Source: a virus. Taken from it: a stretch of 38,798 bases of DNA. Positions 30,119 to 38,798 of this stretch are shown here, piece by piece. Under the pieces are notes generated by a model. The model had not been told where the DNA came from. It made no database searches and saw nothing but the letters and a program-made list of their open reading frames with translations. Position numbers and translations under genes: made by a program. The number at the start of each line of letters is the position of its first letter. Within the stretch, counting starts at the first letter, position 1. The stretch spans positions 1 to 38,798 of IMG/VR virus record IMGVR_UViG_3300045988_016398. One strand, 5' to 3'.

Positions 30119-31910
30119 TTGGTTCCAGGAAGAGCTCGATGCCTTTAAACCACCGGAACGATACACCGTATCAGAATGGGCTGACAATTTCAGGGTATTA
30201 ACAAATATATCCGCAGAACCAGGTAGGTGGAGAACGAATCGAACTCCATATCTAAAAGAGCCTATGGACAAATTTACAGACCCTCTGATTGAACAGATTG
30301 TATTGTGCTTTGGAGCGCAAATCGGTAAGACTGAAGCAGAGCTCAATATGATAGGGTATGCGTTAGACCAAACACAATCACCAGTTATGATGGTATACCC
30401 GACAGATACTATCGCTAAATTTGCTAGCGATAAGAGAGTGCAACCGATGCTTAAATCGGTTAAATCTATTAGTGATAATTTTGACGAGAATAGTAAACTG
30501 CTTGAATTGGATTTTAACAACGGTAATTATATGGTACTGGTCGGGGCGAACTCACCAAGTAGTTTATCAAGCCGGTCAATCAAGTATCTATTCTTTGACG
30601 AAATAGACAAATACCCCGCCTTTTCAGGTAAGGAAGCAGATCCAATAAAACTTGCAAAGGAACGTACTAAAACGTTCGTGGATAAGAAGATTGTAATGGT
30701 ATCCACTCCTACTGTTGAGTCGGGTAATATTTGGCAGGCGCTCATGAATGCAAATGAGCGCAGGCAGTATTACGTGCCATGTCCACATTGCGGAGTGTCG
30801 CAGACCCTCAAGTTCAAGCAGATAAAATGGCCAGACGAACACAACGATAATGCGGACATGATACGTGATACAGCGTATTACGAATGTGAACATTGCGGCG
30901 GACACATCCACGATAAGCACAAAATGGAAATGTTAAGACATGGAACATGGGAAGTGGTAAATGCATCGCAAAGCAAAGTCCGCTCAATTTCGTATCACTT
31001 ATCGTCGATATATTCGCCGTGGGTCACGTTCGGAGACGTTGCGTACGAGTTTAAGACTTCCAAAGGTACACCTGCCTCATTAATGAACTTCATTAATTCA
31101 TGGCTAGCGGAACCTTGGCGAAGTGCTAAAACTAAGAGTACACAAAATATGCAATTTACGGAATCTACATATCCGAGCGGAGTTGTGCCGGATAAAGCAG
31201 TATTGCTTATCGCTTCCGTAGACGTACAGCTTGACCACTTCTGGTGGGAAGTAAGGGCCTATGCTCCTGGTGTTAAGTCTTATCTGATTGATTACGGACA
31301 AGCAAGCACTTGGGACGATTTAGAGGAAATCATTATTCATCGAGAGTATCCATCGGAGTATGGAGAGCCTCGTCAAATAATGAAAGCAGGCATTGACTCC
31401 GGTTTTAGAACAGACGAAGTATATCAGTTCTGTTCAAGATTCCCGGAAGTATGCATCCCTCTTAAAGGCTCGTCCAACCATACTACGATGACAGCACCAT
31501 ACACAATGACATCATTGGAGAAGGGTGTCGTAGGTGGGTTAAAGCTATATGTGTTGAATACAGATTATTGGAAAGACTTCATATTCGCGAGAATGGTAAG
31601 ACCGATAAACGAGGACGGCACGATCCATTTATACAAAGATTGTCCACAGGAATACTCAGACCATCTAAGGTCAGAGGAAAAGCAGGAACACAGAAATGTA
31701 AAAACAGGGGCGGTAACAGTACAGTGGAAACCACTCACGAGCCATCCTGTTAACCATTTACTTGATACATGTACTTACAACGCAGCAGTAGCAGATATTG
31801 CCGGCGTTAAATATTTAATGGAGCCAGAACCTTATGAGGAATCCGAAGAGGTCCAAACATACGAGGACTACAACGGAGGCATAGGGAATACTGGCCATTG
31901 GTTTAGATAG
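30033..31910 (+). CDS. terL: Terminase large subunit, lambda GpA family
   Basis: N-terminal signatures are FKPPERYTVSEWADNFRVL...EPGRWRTNRTPYLKEPMD. A Walker A-like GAQIGKTE and a CPHC...CEHC zinc motif are present. ATG 30033 is the only in-frame start, giving an 86-nt overlap with terS. Confidence 0.85.
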   Translation: MPKTTSKVTRAKASTRRKSKPVKAEPRVNWFQEELDAFKPPERYTVSEWADNFRVLTNISAEPGRWRTNRTPYLKEPMDKFTDPLIEQIVLCFGAQIGKTEAELNMIGYALDQTQSPVMMVYPTDTIAKFASDKRVQPMLKSVKSISDNFDENSKLLELDFNNGNYMVLVGANSPSSLSSRSIKYLFFDEIDKYPAFSGKEADPIKLAKERTKTFVDKKIVMVSTPTVESGNIWQALMNANERRQYYVPCPHCGVSQTLKFKQIKWPDEHNDNADMIRDTAYYECEHCGGHIHDKHKMEMLRHGTWEVVNASQSKVRSISYHLSSIYSPWVTFGDVAYEFKTSKGTPASLMNFINSWLAEPWRSAKTKSTQNMQFTESTYPSGVVPDKAVLLIASVDVQLDHFWWEVRAYAPGVKSYLIDYGQASTWDDLEEIIIHREYPSEYGEPRQIMKAGIDSGFRTDEVYQFCSRFPEVCIPLKGSSNHTTMTAPYTMTSLEKGVVGGLKLYVLNTDYWKDFIFARMVRPINEDGTIHLYKDCPQEYSDHLRSEEKQEHRNVKTGAVTVQWKPLTSHPVNHLLDTCTYNAAVADIAGVKYLMEPEPYEESEEVQTYEDYNGGIGNTGHWFR

Positions 31911-31920
31911 GAGGTGAACC

Positions 31921-32133
31921 ATGAGCGATGTAAATGAACAACTTGAACGTGTGCGCCAAGTCATCGAGGATATCGAAACTAAAGGGTATTCCGAGTTACA
32001 GATTGGCGGTAAACGATTTAAGACGATTGACTTACCTGTACTTTACGCGCGCGAACAAACGCTAATGCAACGAGTACACGAAGAGTCCAACGGATATCAA
32101 GCTGATGCATTCGTGACATGGGGTGGACGATGA
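31921..32133 (+). CDS. Head-tail joining protein, gpW-like
   Basis: A 70-aa ORF lies between terL and the portal gene, as in lambda. A GGAGGTG RBS precedes the start. Confidence 0.55.
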   Translation: MSDVNEQLERVRQVIEDIETKGYSELQIGGKRFKTIDLPVLYAREQTLMQRVHEESNGYQADAFVTWGGR

Positions 32134-33608
32134 ACATTATTGATAAAGTAATCAGTTGGGTTAGTCCACAACGTGCGTACGAGCGCCAAGCTTACCGTGA
32201 TGCGTTACGTCAATATGATGCGGCATCTATGGACAGGCTAAACAGTGATTGGCAACCAGCGTATGGGACCGCGGAACAACTTGCAACGGGTTCACGTGAT
32301 ATCATACGTGGCCGAGCAAGAGCTGCCGAGATGAACAGTGACTTAGCAGAAGCCGCTGTGATTGCACTGTTACGAAATGTAATCGGCGCAGGGATTGTCC
32401 CACAAGCTAAAGTGCGAAACCGCAATGGCAAATTAAACAACGATCTTAATAAGAAAATCGAAAAAGCATGGGCCAAATGGGCGGAACCTGAAAATGCTGA
32501 CATTAGGGGCATTTCTAATTTCTATGAACTACAAGAAATGGCGCTAAGGCGTATGGTGTACGATGGTGAAATTCTGGTTAATAAAACTTCGCAAGGCTCG
32601 TACTTACCATTATCTATTCAGCTGATAGAGGCTGAAAACATTGGCGCAGTAAGTATCACAAACGGTAAGAATAATATCATCAATGGCGTAGAAGTTACCG
32701 AACATGGTAGACCAGTAGCGTACCATATAAGCCAAACAGACCCAATGGGGCTACGTTCTTTTGATACGGTTCGGTTAACAACAGACCAAGCATTTTTGTT
32801 GTTCAAGCCTAAGCGTCCATCTCAGATTAGGGGCATAAGCCTATTGGCGTTAGTATTGCGTAGGATTCACGATATCGACGAGTACATGGATGCTGATCTA
32901 ATTGCTGCACGAGTTGCGGCGTGCTTCAGTGTTTTTGTAACCTCTCAAAATTCTGCAAGACAAACGTCCATGCTACCAAGAGATAGCAAAGGCAGACCTA
33001 ATATCACAATGGCACCAGGCATGGTTAGACACCTAAGCCCTGGTGAGTCCATTGAGTTTGCAGACCCTAAGCGTAACGCTGGTACTGCAAGCGAATATTC
33101 AGCAACTCAGACTAGACGCGTAGCGTCCGGTCTTGGTATGAGCGCTGACATCGTAGCGCGTAATATATCTGGGAATTTCTCAGCTGCAAGGCAAAACTTA
33201 TTAGAGGACCAAAAGACATTCCGTCAAGTGCAGAAATTTGTAATCACACACTTCTGTATGCCGATTTGGAAAGCCTTTATTGACGCCCTTTACTTAGCAG
33301 GTGAATTACCTTCCGACTACTTAGCGAACAAGGACAAATACCAAGAGGTAGCTTGGCTTGCTCCAGGGTGGTCATGGATTGACCCTGTTAAGGAAGTTAA
33401 CGCTAATAAAGAGGCTATTAAATCCGGTCTTACAACTTTAGAGGATGTGTGCGCATCATCTGGACGTGATTGGGAAGAAGTTCTTGAACAACGGAAACTC
33501 GAACAGGATAGAGCCAAGGAGCTCGGGGTGTTACTAGATTATTCCAGTGAGTTGCAACCGCTAACGATGGGCGATGATGACACTACACAGGAAGGAGCTG
33601 ATGGCTAG
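32130..33608 (+). CDS. Portal protein, lambda family
   Basis: The sequence YDAASMDRLNSDWQPAYGTAEQ...IIRGRARAAEMNSDLAEAAVIALLRNVIGAGIVPQ is typical of lambda-type portals. ATG 32130 has an ATGA overlap with gpW. An alternative ATG lies at 32118. Confidence 0.85.
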   Translation: MNIIDKVISWVSPQRAYERQAYRDALRQYDAASMDRLNSDWQPAYGTAEQLATGSRDIIRGRARAAEMNSDLAEAAVIALLRNVIGAGIVPQAKVRNRNGKLNNDLNKKIEKAWAKWAEPENADIRGISNFYELQEMALRRMVYDGEILVNKTSQGSYLPLSIQLIEAENIGAVSITNGKNNIINGVEVTEHGRPVAYHISQTDPMGLRSFDTVRLTTDQAFLLFKPKRPSQIRGISLLALVLRRIHDIDEYMDADLIAARVAACFSVFVTSQNSARQTSMLPRDSKGRPNITMAPGMVRHLSPGESIEFADPKRNAGTASEYSATQTRRVASGLGMSADIVARNISGNFSAARQNLLEDQKTFRQVQKFVITHFCMPIWKAFIDALYLAGELPSDYLANKDKYQEVAWLAPGWSWIDPVKEVNANKEAIKSGLTTLEDVCASSGRDWEEVLEQRKLEQDRAKELGVLLDYSSELQPLTMGDDDTTQEGADG

Positions 33609-33610
33609 TA

Positions 33611-35503
33611 ATGAGTGAACATCAAAAGCGTAGTGTTCTTGGTAATTATTGCCGAGAAACTACTATTGACCACGTCGATACCGATAGTCGGACAGTAGAA
33701 TTATCATTCTCATCCGAAACGCCATATGGCCGTTGGTTCGGCGATGAAATCCTTTGCCACGATGAAGAGTGCATCAACCTTGAGCGCTTTAACAATGGCT
33801 TGGGTACGGTATTGTTTAACCATGATCGTGATGCGGTCGTAGGTCATATCGAGAAGGTATGGCTAGAAGATAACCGCGGTAAAGCGTTAGTACGCTTTGA
33901 CACAGATGAACAATCCGAAACAATATTCCAAAAGGTACAGTCCGGTACGCTACAAGGTGTAAGCGTAGGCTATGCAATCTACCGATATGAGGTATTGGAA
34001 GATGAAGATACCAAATCTACTAACGGTCGATTTAATGGTCCGGCTTATGTAGTAACGGATTGGGAACCTTTAGAAATCAGTATTGTATCTGTTCCGGCTG
34101 ACGCCACTGTTGGCGTGGGACGTAGTGCTGAAGAAATTCATACAAGTATTGACACACAGGAGGATAACACACGTATGGATCCAAAAGAAATTTTAAACAA
34201 TGAAGAAGTAAAATCTACAGAACCAGTAGAAACAGGTTTGACACAAGCAGACCTTCAAAAGGCTATGGAGCAAGAGCGTAAACGCACTTCCGAAATTACT
34301 GCTATGTTCCGCGACTTCGATGTTGAAGGCGCAGACGAAGCAATCGTATTGGGCAAATCCGTTGACGAAGCACGTGAAATGGTTATGGACCAATTACGTG
34401 CACGTAACAAAGGTGTATCTGTAACAATGGGCGAAGCTGAATCTGATAAGTTCCGTGCAGCAGCACAAGACGCAGTATTGATGGCAGCAGGTATCCCTGT
34501 AGCAGATGCTGCACCAGGTGCACAAGAATTACGTGGTCACTCTATGGTTGAGTTGGCACGTGAAGCACTTCAACGCGAAGGCTTGCAAGCTAACTTCGGC
34601 GATAACATGGAATTGGCTCGTCAAGCTATTAATTCTACATCCACATTCCCTGCTATCATGGCTAACCTCGCTAACAAATCTGTAATGGTAGGCTTCAATG
34701 AAGCTGAAACTACTTACCAAATTTGGGCGGGTAAAGGCTCTAACCGTGACTTCAAAGAAGCTGCACGCGTAGCATTGTCCGAAGCAGGTAACCTTGAATT
34801 AGTTCCAGAAGGTGGCCAATTCCAACAAGACTTCTTAGGCGAAGCATCTGCTCGTACTAAAGTGGCTACTTATGGTAAATTGTTCAGCTTAACTCGTCAA
34901 GCAATCATTAATGATGACTTGGGCTTGTTCTCCAAAATTGCTACTAAATACGGTTCCGCAGCTAAACGCTTGGTAAACAAAATGGTATACGCTCAATTAA
35001 CTGGTAACGTTAAAATGCAAGATAACGTAGCTTTGTTTGACACTAAACATGGTAACGTTGCAGGCACTGGTGAAGCATTATCTGTTAAAGCAATCGCCAA
35101 AGCAATTACTGCTATGCGTCGTCAAAAAGGTATTACTGGTGATGCTACTCTTAACATCACACCTAAATACTTGGTAGTTCCTCCAGAACTCGAAATGACT
35201 GCATACCAAATTGTTAACTCTACTGCAGCAGTAGACGGTGTAAACTCCGGTGTAGTTAACCCTTACAAAGGCCGCTTCGTAGTTGTAGCAGATGCTGAAT
35301 TAACTGATCCAGATGCATGGTACTTAGTAGCTGACGCATCTCAACATGACACTATTGAAGTAACTTACTTAAATGGCGTTGAAACTCCACGTCTTGAAAC
35401 TCGCCAAGGCTTCGATGTAGACGGTATCGAATACAAAGTAGCATTCGACTGTGGCGTAAGTGCTCTTGACTTCCGTGGTGTATTCAAAAACGCAGGTAAA
35501 TAA
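33611..35503 (+). CDS. Prohead protease / scaffold-like linker / major capsid protein fusion
   Basis: The N-terminus has HK97-type protease blocks (LFNHDRDAVVGHIEKVW, GVSVGY, SIVSVPAD). A charged helical linker follows. The C-terminal HK97-fold capsid-like part reads ATYGKLFSLTRQAIINDDLGLF...AWYLVAD...GIEYKVAFDCG. Confidence 0.8.
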   Translation: MSEHQKRSVLGNYCRETTIDHVDTDSRTVELSFSSETPYGRWFGDEILCHDEECINLERFNNGLGTVLFNHDRDAVVGHIEKVWLEDNRGKALVRFDTDEQSETIFQKVQSGTLQGVSVGYAIYRYEVLEDEDTKSTNGRFNGPAYVVTDWEPLEISIVSVPADATVGVGRSAEEIHTSIDTQEDNTRMDPKEILNNEEVKSTEPVETGLTQADLQKAMEQERKRTSEITAMFRDFDVEGADEAIVLGKSVDEAREMVMDQLRARNKGVSVTMGEAESDKFRAAAQDAVLMAAGIPVADAAPGAQELRGHSMVELAREALQREGLQANFGDNMELARQAINSTSTFPAIMANLANKSVMVGFNEAETTYQIWAGKGSNRDFKEAARVALSEAGNLELVPEGGQFQQDFLGEASARTKVATYGKLFSLTRQAIINDDLGLFSKIATKYGSAAKRLVNKMVYAQLTGNVKMQDNVALFDTKHGNVAGTGEALSVKAIAKAITAMRRQKGITGDATLNITPKYLVVPPELEMTAYQIVNSTAAVDGVNSGVVNPYKGRFVVVADAELTDPDAWYLVADASQHDTIEVTYLNGVETPRLETRQGFDVDGIEYKVAFDCGVSALDFRGVFKNAGK

Positions 35504-35520
35504 TTAGGGGGTAAATACAT

Positions 35521-35832
35521 ATGGCAAAATTCGTATACGAAACAGATAGAATAAGCTTCGTGGCAACAGCTGATGTAAAAGCTGGTGACATTGTAGAAGC
35601 AGGCGTACTTCACGGTGTAGCAGTAACAGATATTAAGAAAGATGAAATGGGTGCGTTAAAAGTAACTGGCGTATTCAAAGTTGACGCTAATAAATCTGAT
35701 ACATACGCTGTAGGTGACGCAGTAAACTTCGCTTCTGGTAAAGCTGCTAAAACTGGTGGTAAACCATTGGGTATTGCAGTAGAACCTAAGACTGCAACTC
35801 AAGATACTGTTACAGTAATGTTGAAAAACTAA
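35521..35832 (+). CDS. DUF2190-like head decoration/cement protein
   Basis: A 103-aa ORF directly follows the capsid gene. The pattern DIVEAGVLHGVAVTDIKKDEMGALKVTGVFKV...GDAVNF is typical of that family. Confidence 0.6.
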   Translation: MAKFVYETDRISFVATADVKAGDIVEAGVLHGVAVTDIKKDEMGALKVTGVFKVDANKSDTYAVGDAVNFASGKAAKTGGKPLGIAVEPKTATQDTVTVMLKN

Positions 35833-35850
35833 TTATTGTATTTTTAATGA

Positions 35851-35874
35851 AATGCGGTCCACACGGGCCGCATT
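35851..35874 (+). terminator. Stem-loop after the capsid/decoration genes (attenuator or stability element; no U tract)
   Basis: A 10-bp stem (AATGCGGTCC / GGGCCGCATT, one G-U pair) with an ACAC loop. Confidence 0.45.
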
Positions 35875-35893
35875 CACTCTACGAGGTAACCAT

Positions 35894-36193
35894 ATGCTGA
35901 CCTATGATGAAAGCGCCTTGCTTGATGTATTTGGCGAAAAAATAACATATGAAGGTAAGCAGATTAAGGCTAGTGTAGAAATCGGTGAGTATGATGGTAA
36001 AGGTTCTGGGTTCGTAACTGGCTTAGCTGATAAAGCTAAGGTATGGGTTAGAACTAAGGACGTGCCACTACCTAAGACTAAAGATGTAATCTACATCAAT
36101 GGTAAGAAGTGGTATGTGGATCATATCTCTGATAGCGACGCTAAAATGCACTGTCTTGAAATTGTGGCCAACGTTAGGACGGTAAGACCATGA
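35894..36193 (+). CDS. Head-tail connector protein (position of lambda FII-like adaptor)
   Basis: ATG 35894 has a GAGGT RBS. The track start at 35852 lies inside the hairpin. Confidence 0.5.
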   Translation: MLTYDESALLDVFGEKITYEGKQIKASVEIGEYDGKGSGFVTGLADKAKVWVRTKDVPLPKTKDVIYINGKKWYVDHISDSDAKMHCLEIVANVRTVRP

Positions 36194-36870
36194 GTAATTC
36201 ACCAATTACCATTACTGACACTGCTACACCGTATCTTGAGTTTATAGCTAAGACTAAACCGGACTGGACAAGGAAAGCTATGAAGTCAGTTGGTTGGATG
36301 ATGCAGAAGGAAATCAAGACCGGAATTAAATCCGGTTCACCTGGTGGCCACAAATATGCAAACTTCATGCCACCTACAATGAGGGCTCAATTTGAGGCTG
36401 CATTTGGCGCTAAAGTAAGGCGTGCTTATCAAGATGGCGGTAAGGCGTATAAGGAAGGATGGGGGCTTAAATCCCGAGCTCAACTTATAGCCGGTGGCGT
36501 AAAGGAAACCACTGTCGGATATACACCACTTGGTAAGATGTTCCGGGCAGTTGGGTACCAATACGATGCCAGGTCGCAATCAGTAAAAGTAGGGTGGTTA
36601 TCATCGTCTGCTAAACGATTAGGCGAACAGATTGAGCGTGGTTATACAAAACAAATCACAGAGCCAATGCGTAGGACATTATTTGCCGGTGGCTTTCAAC
36701 TTGCTAAAGGTAAAACATCATTTCGGATTAAACCTCGTAAAACGTTTGGTCCGATGAAAACAGCCTTACAGCCTAAGTTGGTACCTTACCTAGAGTCTAA
36801 AATCGGTGAATATGCACTAGGCAAAAGCACTCAGTTCGCATCTAGTAGACGAGCATATAAAGTGAGGTAG
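36190..36870 (+). CDS. Virion morphogenesis / neck protein (unassigned family)
   Basis: A 226-aa ORF with an ATGA overlap, lying in the connector block between the head and tail tube genes. Confidence 0.5.
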   Translation: MSNSPITITDTATPYLEFIAKTKPDWTRKAMKSVGWMMQKEIKTGIKSGSPGGHKYANFMPPTMRAQFEAAFGAKVRRAYQDGGKAYKEGWGLKSRAQLIAGGVKETTVGYTPLGKMFRAVGYQYDARSQSVKVGWLSSSAKRLGEQIERGYTKQITEPMRRTLFAGGFQLAKGKTSFRIKPRKTFGPMKTALQPKLVPYLESKIGEYALGKSTQFASSRRAYKVR

Positions 36871-36872
36871 CA

Positions 36873-37343
36873 ATGCAAACTATTCCACTAGCAGTCATTG
36901 CTAACAGATGGGCGGAAGCGGTTAAGGATAATCAGAAGATTACCGACTACTGCATGAAACACTTCGGAAAGGACTTAACTATTTACATCGGATACGATGA
37001 TGCCGGCGCACCTCTTGAAGAGGATTGTCCGTGCGTGATCATCATGATGGACAATAAGTCCGAGGGCTTGGCAAGTTCATACTCTTACACCTTACAACTC
37101 GTATGGGGAATAGTACGAGTTGAGGCGGAACGTGAAGGACGTGTAGTGAAATACACAGGAGCGTTCGAGTGTGACGAACTTGGCCAATTACTCATCGAAT
37201 GTATCATGGCAGTTAACCCTAACTATCCTGTCATTAACATTGACTATGAAACAGACAATATCTCGTGGCGTCCGGTATATCCAGGTAAAGCCACACTCAC
37301 TATAGAAATACCGCACGTAATTGGCGGTAATGTTGAATATTAG
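36873..37343 (+). CDS. Tail completion/terminator-like protein (by position)
   Basis: A 156-aa ORF immediately upstream of the tail tube gene. Confidence 0.45.
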   Translation: MQTIPLAVIANRWAEAVKDNQKITDYCMKHFGKDLTIYIGYDDAGAPLEEDCPCVIIMMDNKSEGLASSYSYTLQLVWGIVRVEAEREGRVVKYTGAFECDELGQLLIECIMAVNPNYPVINIDYETDNISWRPVYPGKATLTIEIPHVIGGNVEY

Positions 37344-37353
37344 GAGGATAAAC

Positions 37354-38304
37354 ATGGCAGTAGCTAAACGTGCACAAGGTGCACAATCTTCTCTTACAAT
37401 GGCCTTTGAAACTGACTTTGGTACTACACCATCTACTGGTGGTGTGGTAATGCCTATCATCAGTTCTTCCTTAAAGGCTAGCCAAAACTTGAATGACTCC
37501 TCTGTTATTCGAGGTACACGTAATCCTGCGGCACCTAGTCGCGGTAATATCGATACATCCGGTAGCATTGTTCCACCAGTTGATGTATTGGGCTTTGGCT
37601 ATTGGTTAAAGCTAGGCTTTGGTGCTCCAACTACAACAGCACAAGGCTCCGGTAAGAAACACGTATTTAAAATTGGCCCAGATATGCCATCTGCTACCTT
37701 TGAACAAGGTTACAAGGACATTAGTACTTACCAACAATTCAGTGGCGTACGCATGAATAAAATGTCCTTAAACTTCGGTGGTGACTCTGAATTAACTGCA
37801 TCTATCGATGTAATGGGTTGTAAAGAAACTATGGCGGCGGTGCCCTTCGATACTGCACCTAAGTCTATTGTCTTTACTCCATTCGAAAATCTCGAAGCCA
37901 CCATAAAAGAAGGTGGCGTTACGGTAGCGAATGTATTGTCCATGAGTCTTGATATCGACTTCGGCTTGGACGGTGACTCTTATGCTATCGGCGGTAAAGG
38001 CTTCCGTACTTATATTGATACAGGTATTATCGGTGTATCCGGTACTATTAAAGCTTTCTTCCAAAATATGGACTTATTGAACAAGGCAGTAAATGGTACT
38101 GAATCTAGCTTGGAATTAACTCTTACTAAAGGTACCAATTCCTTGGTCATTAAGTTACCGGAATTGATTTACGAACGTAACTCTCCTGGTATCGATGGTC
38201 CTAAAGGCGTTAATATCGAACTTCCATTCAAAGCATATTATGGCGATGATGCCGGTCAATCTGCAGTAGTATTTGAATTGGTTAACAGCCAAACATCTTA
38301 CTAA
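37354..38304 (+). CDS. Major tail (tube) protein
   Basis: ATG 37354 has a TAGGAGG RBS. It is a 316-aa beta-rich protein directly upstream of the G/T chaperone genes. Confidence 0.7.
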   Translation: MAVAKRAQGAQSSLTMAFETDFGTTPSTGGVVMPIISSSLKASQNLNDSSVIRGTRNPAAPSRGNIDTSGSIVPPVDVLGFGYWLKLGFGAPTTTAQGSGKKHVFKIGPDMPSATFEQGYKDISTYQQFSGVRMNKMSLNFGGDSELTASIDVMGCKETMAAVPFDTAPKSIVFTPFENLEATIKEGGVTVANVLSMSLDIDFGLDGDSYAIGGKGFRTYIDTGIIGVSGTIKAFFQNMDLLNKAVNGTESSLELTLTKGTNSLVIKLPELIYERNSPGIDGPKGVNIELPFKAYYGDDAGQSAVVFELVNSQTSY

Positions 38305-38326
38305 TCTAACTCATTAGGAGGTAACT

Positions 38327-38608
38327 ATGAATATTCAAGGTAATGAATTAAAACCAAGAGCCCTCACATGGACTGAACGTGATGCATTAATCAAAGCCGG
38401 TCTAGACTTCGTGTATTGTCCAGTAGATGTTGATGATCAAGTCGCATCTATTGTCCGTAGTCGTGATATTATGCGATTCATCTTAACAGATGTGTACGAA
38501 CTCACAGACGAACAACTCAATACTGTAAGTGATAAGGACGCTATGAACTTCGCCGGTGAAGTCATTACATTAACTTACCAACTACAAGAAGAAACAGAAA
38601 AAAACTAG
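38327..38608 (+). CDS. Tail assembly chaperone (gpG-like)
   Basis: A 93-aa acidic ORF lies between the tail tube and tape measure genes. It has a TAGGAGG RBS and ends on a slippery heptamer. Confidence 0.75.
   Translation: MNIQGNELKPRALTWTERDALIKAGLDFVYCPVDVDDQVASIVRSRDIMRFILTDVYELTDEQLNTVSDKDAMNFAGEVITLTYQLQEETEKN
38599..38605 (+). promoter_or_regulatory. Programmed -1 ribosomal frameshift slippery site A AAA AAC (G to GT fusion)
   Basis: The zero-frame codons are GAA AAA AAC TAG. The -1 frame reads on as CTA GAA GAG GCG TGG AGG TGG ATG..., with no stop, into the downstream ORF. Confidence 0.7.
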
Positions 38609-38625
38609 AAGAGGCGTGGAGGTGG

Positions 38626-38798
38626 ATGTCCTCGGATAGGCCGAAGTACTGCAAGGGATGTAAGGAATTACAAACCGCTACAAAGCAGTCCTTCGACTGC
38701 TCCGAGTGTGATTTTAACCCACCACGCCTATTATTCGGCTCAAAACAGGCTTTGCGTTTGTATAACCTATCACGCAGTCAAAGAAATTACCACTCTGG
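38626..38798 (+). CDS. 5' part of the T-frame ORF of the tail chaperone (continues at 142..280 after the junction)
   Basis: The translation MSSDRPKYCKGCKELQTATKQSFDCSECDF... lies in the -1 frame relative to the G gene. It is truncated only by the window end. Confidence 0.7.
   Translation, partial: MSSDRPKYCKGCKELQTATKQSFDCSECDFNPPRLLFGSKQALRLYNLSRSQRNYHS
38658..38798. repeat. Terminal direct repeat, copy 2 (identical to 1..141)
   Basis: Same comparison as copy 1. It implies a circular or concatemeric template with a unit length of 38,657 bp. Confidence 0.95.

Noticed and set aside
29948-30520. 190-aa minus-strand ORF inside terS/terL
   Set aside because: It is antisense to strongly supported terminase genes and its product is low-complexity and Ser/Leu-rich. 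It is likely spurious.

Overview
The window is a complete, circularly permuted genome of a temperate lambda-like siphovirus. The first 141 bp are identical to the last 141 bp, giving a unit length of 38,657 bp. One gene, the T frame of the tail chaperone, is split across the contig junction.

Gene order on the + strand:
- Tail genes: T chaperone (wrapped), tape measure, lambda M/L/K-like minor tail proteins, an I-J fused host-specificity protein, and fibre-like proteins.
- Lysis cassette: membrane coiled-coil protein, holin, Amidase_3 endolysin, and a doubly open spanin-like locus, followed by a terminator.
- A putative attP region.
- Lysogeny module on the - strand: tyrosine integrase, membrane-anchored protein, ImmA-like peptidase and XRE repressor.
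- A divergent operator/promoter region, then a Cro-like gene.
- A full-length YadA-type trimeric autotransporter adhesin.
- An HTH-rich island.
- Recombination and replication genes: SMC-like ATPase, Sak4-like ATPase, DUF669, a DEAH helicase with an in-frame stop in Walker A, an AEP primase/AAA_25 helicase, an ori-like region and RusA.
- Small early genes and an ArpU-like late regulator.
- A cos/late-promoter region, then Nu1-like TerS and GpA-like TerL.
- Head and tail genes: gpW-like protein, lambda-type portal, a prohead protease-scaffold-capsid fusion, DUF2190, connector proteins, tail tube, and the G/T chaperone pair with an A AAA AAC -1 slippery site.

Firmicute-type regulatory and replication genes occur together with outer-membrane-related cargo: the adhesin with a post-anchor coiled coil, and the spanin-like genes. 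This suggests a diderm Firmicute host (Negativicutes, Veillonella-like), which is inference only.

The most interesting observations are the phage-borne adhesin, the two fully overlapping roughly 160-codon lysis ORFs, and the stop codon inside the helicase P-loop. All functional calls come from reading motifs by eye; no database searches were run.
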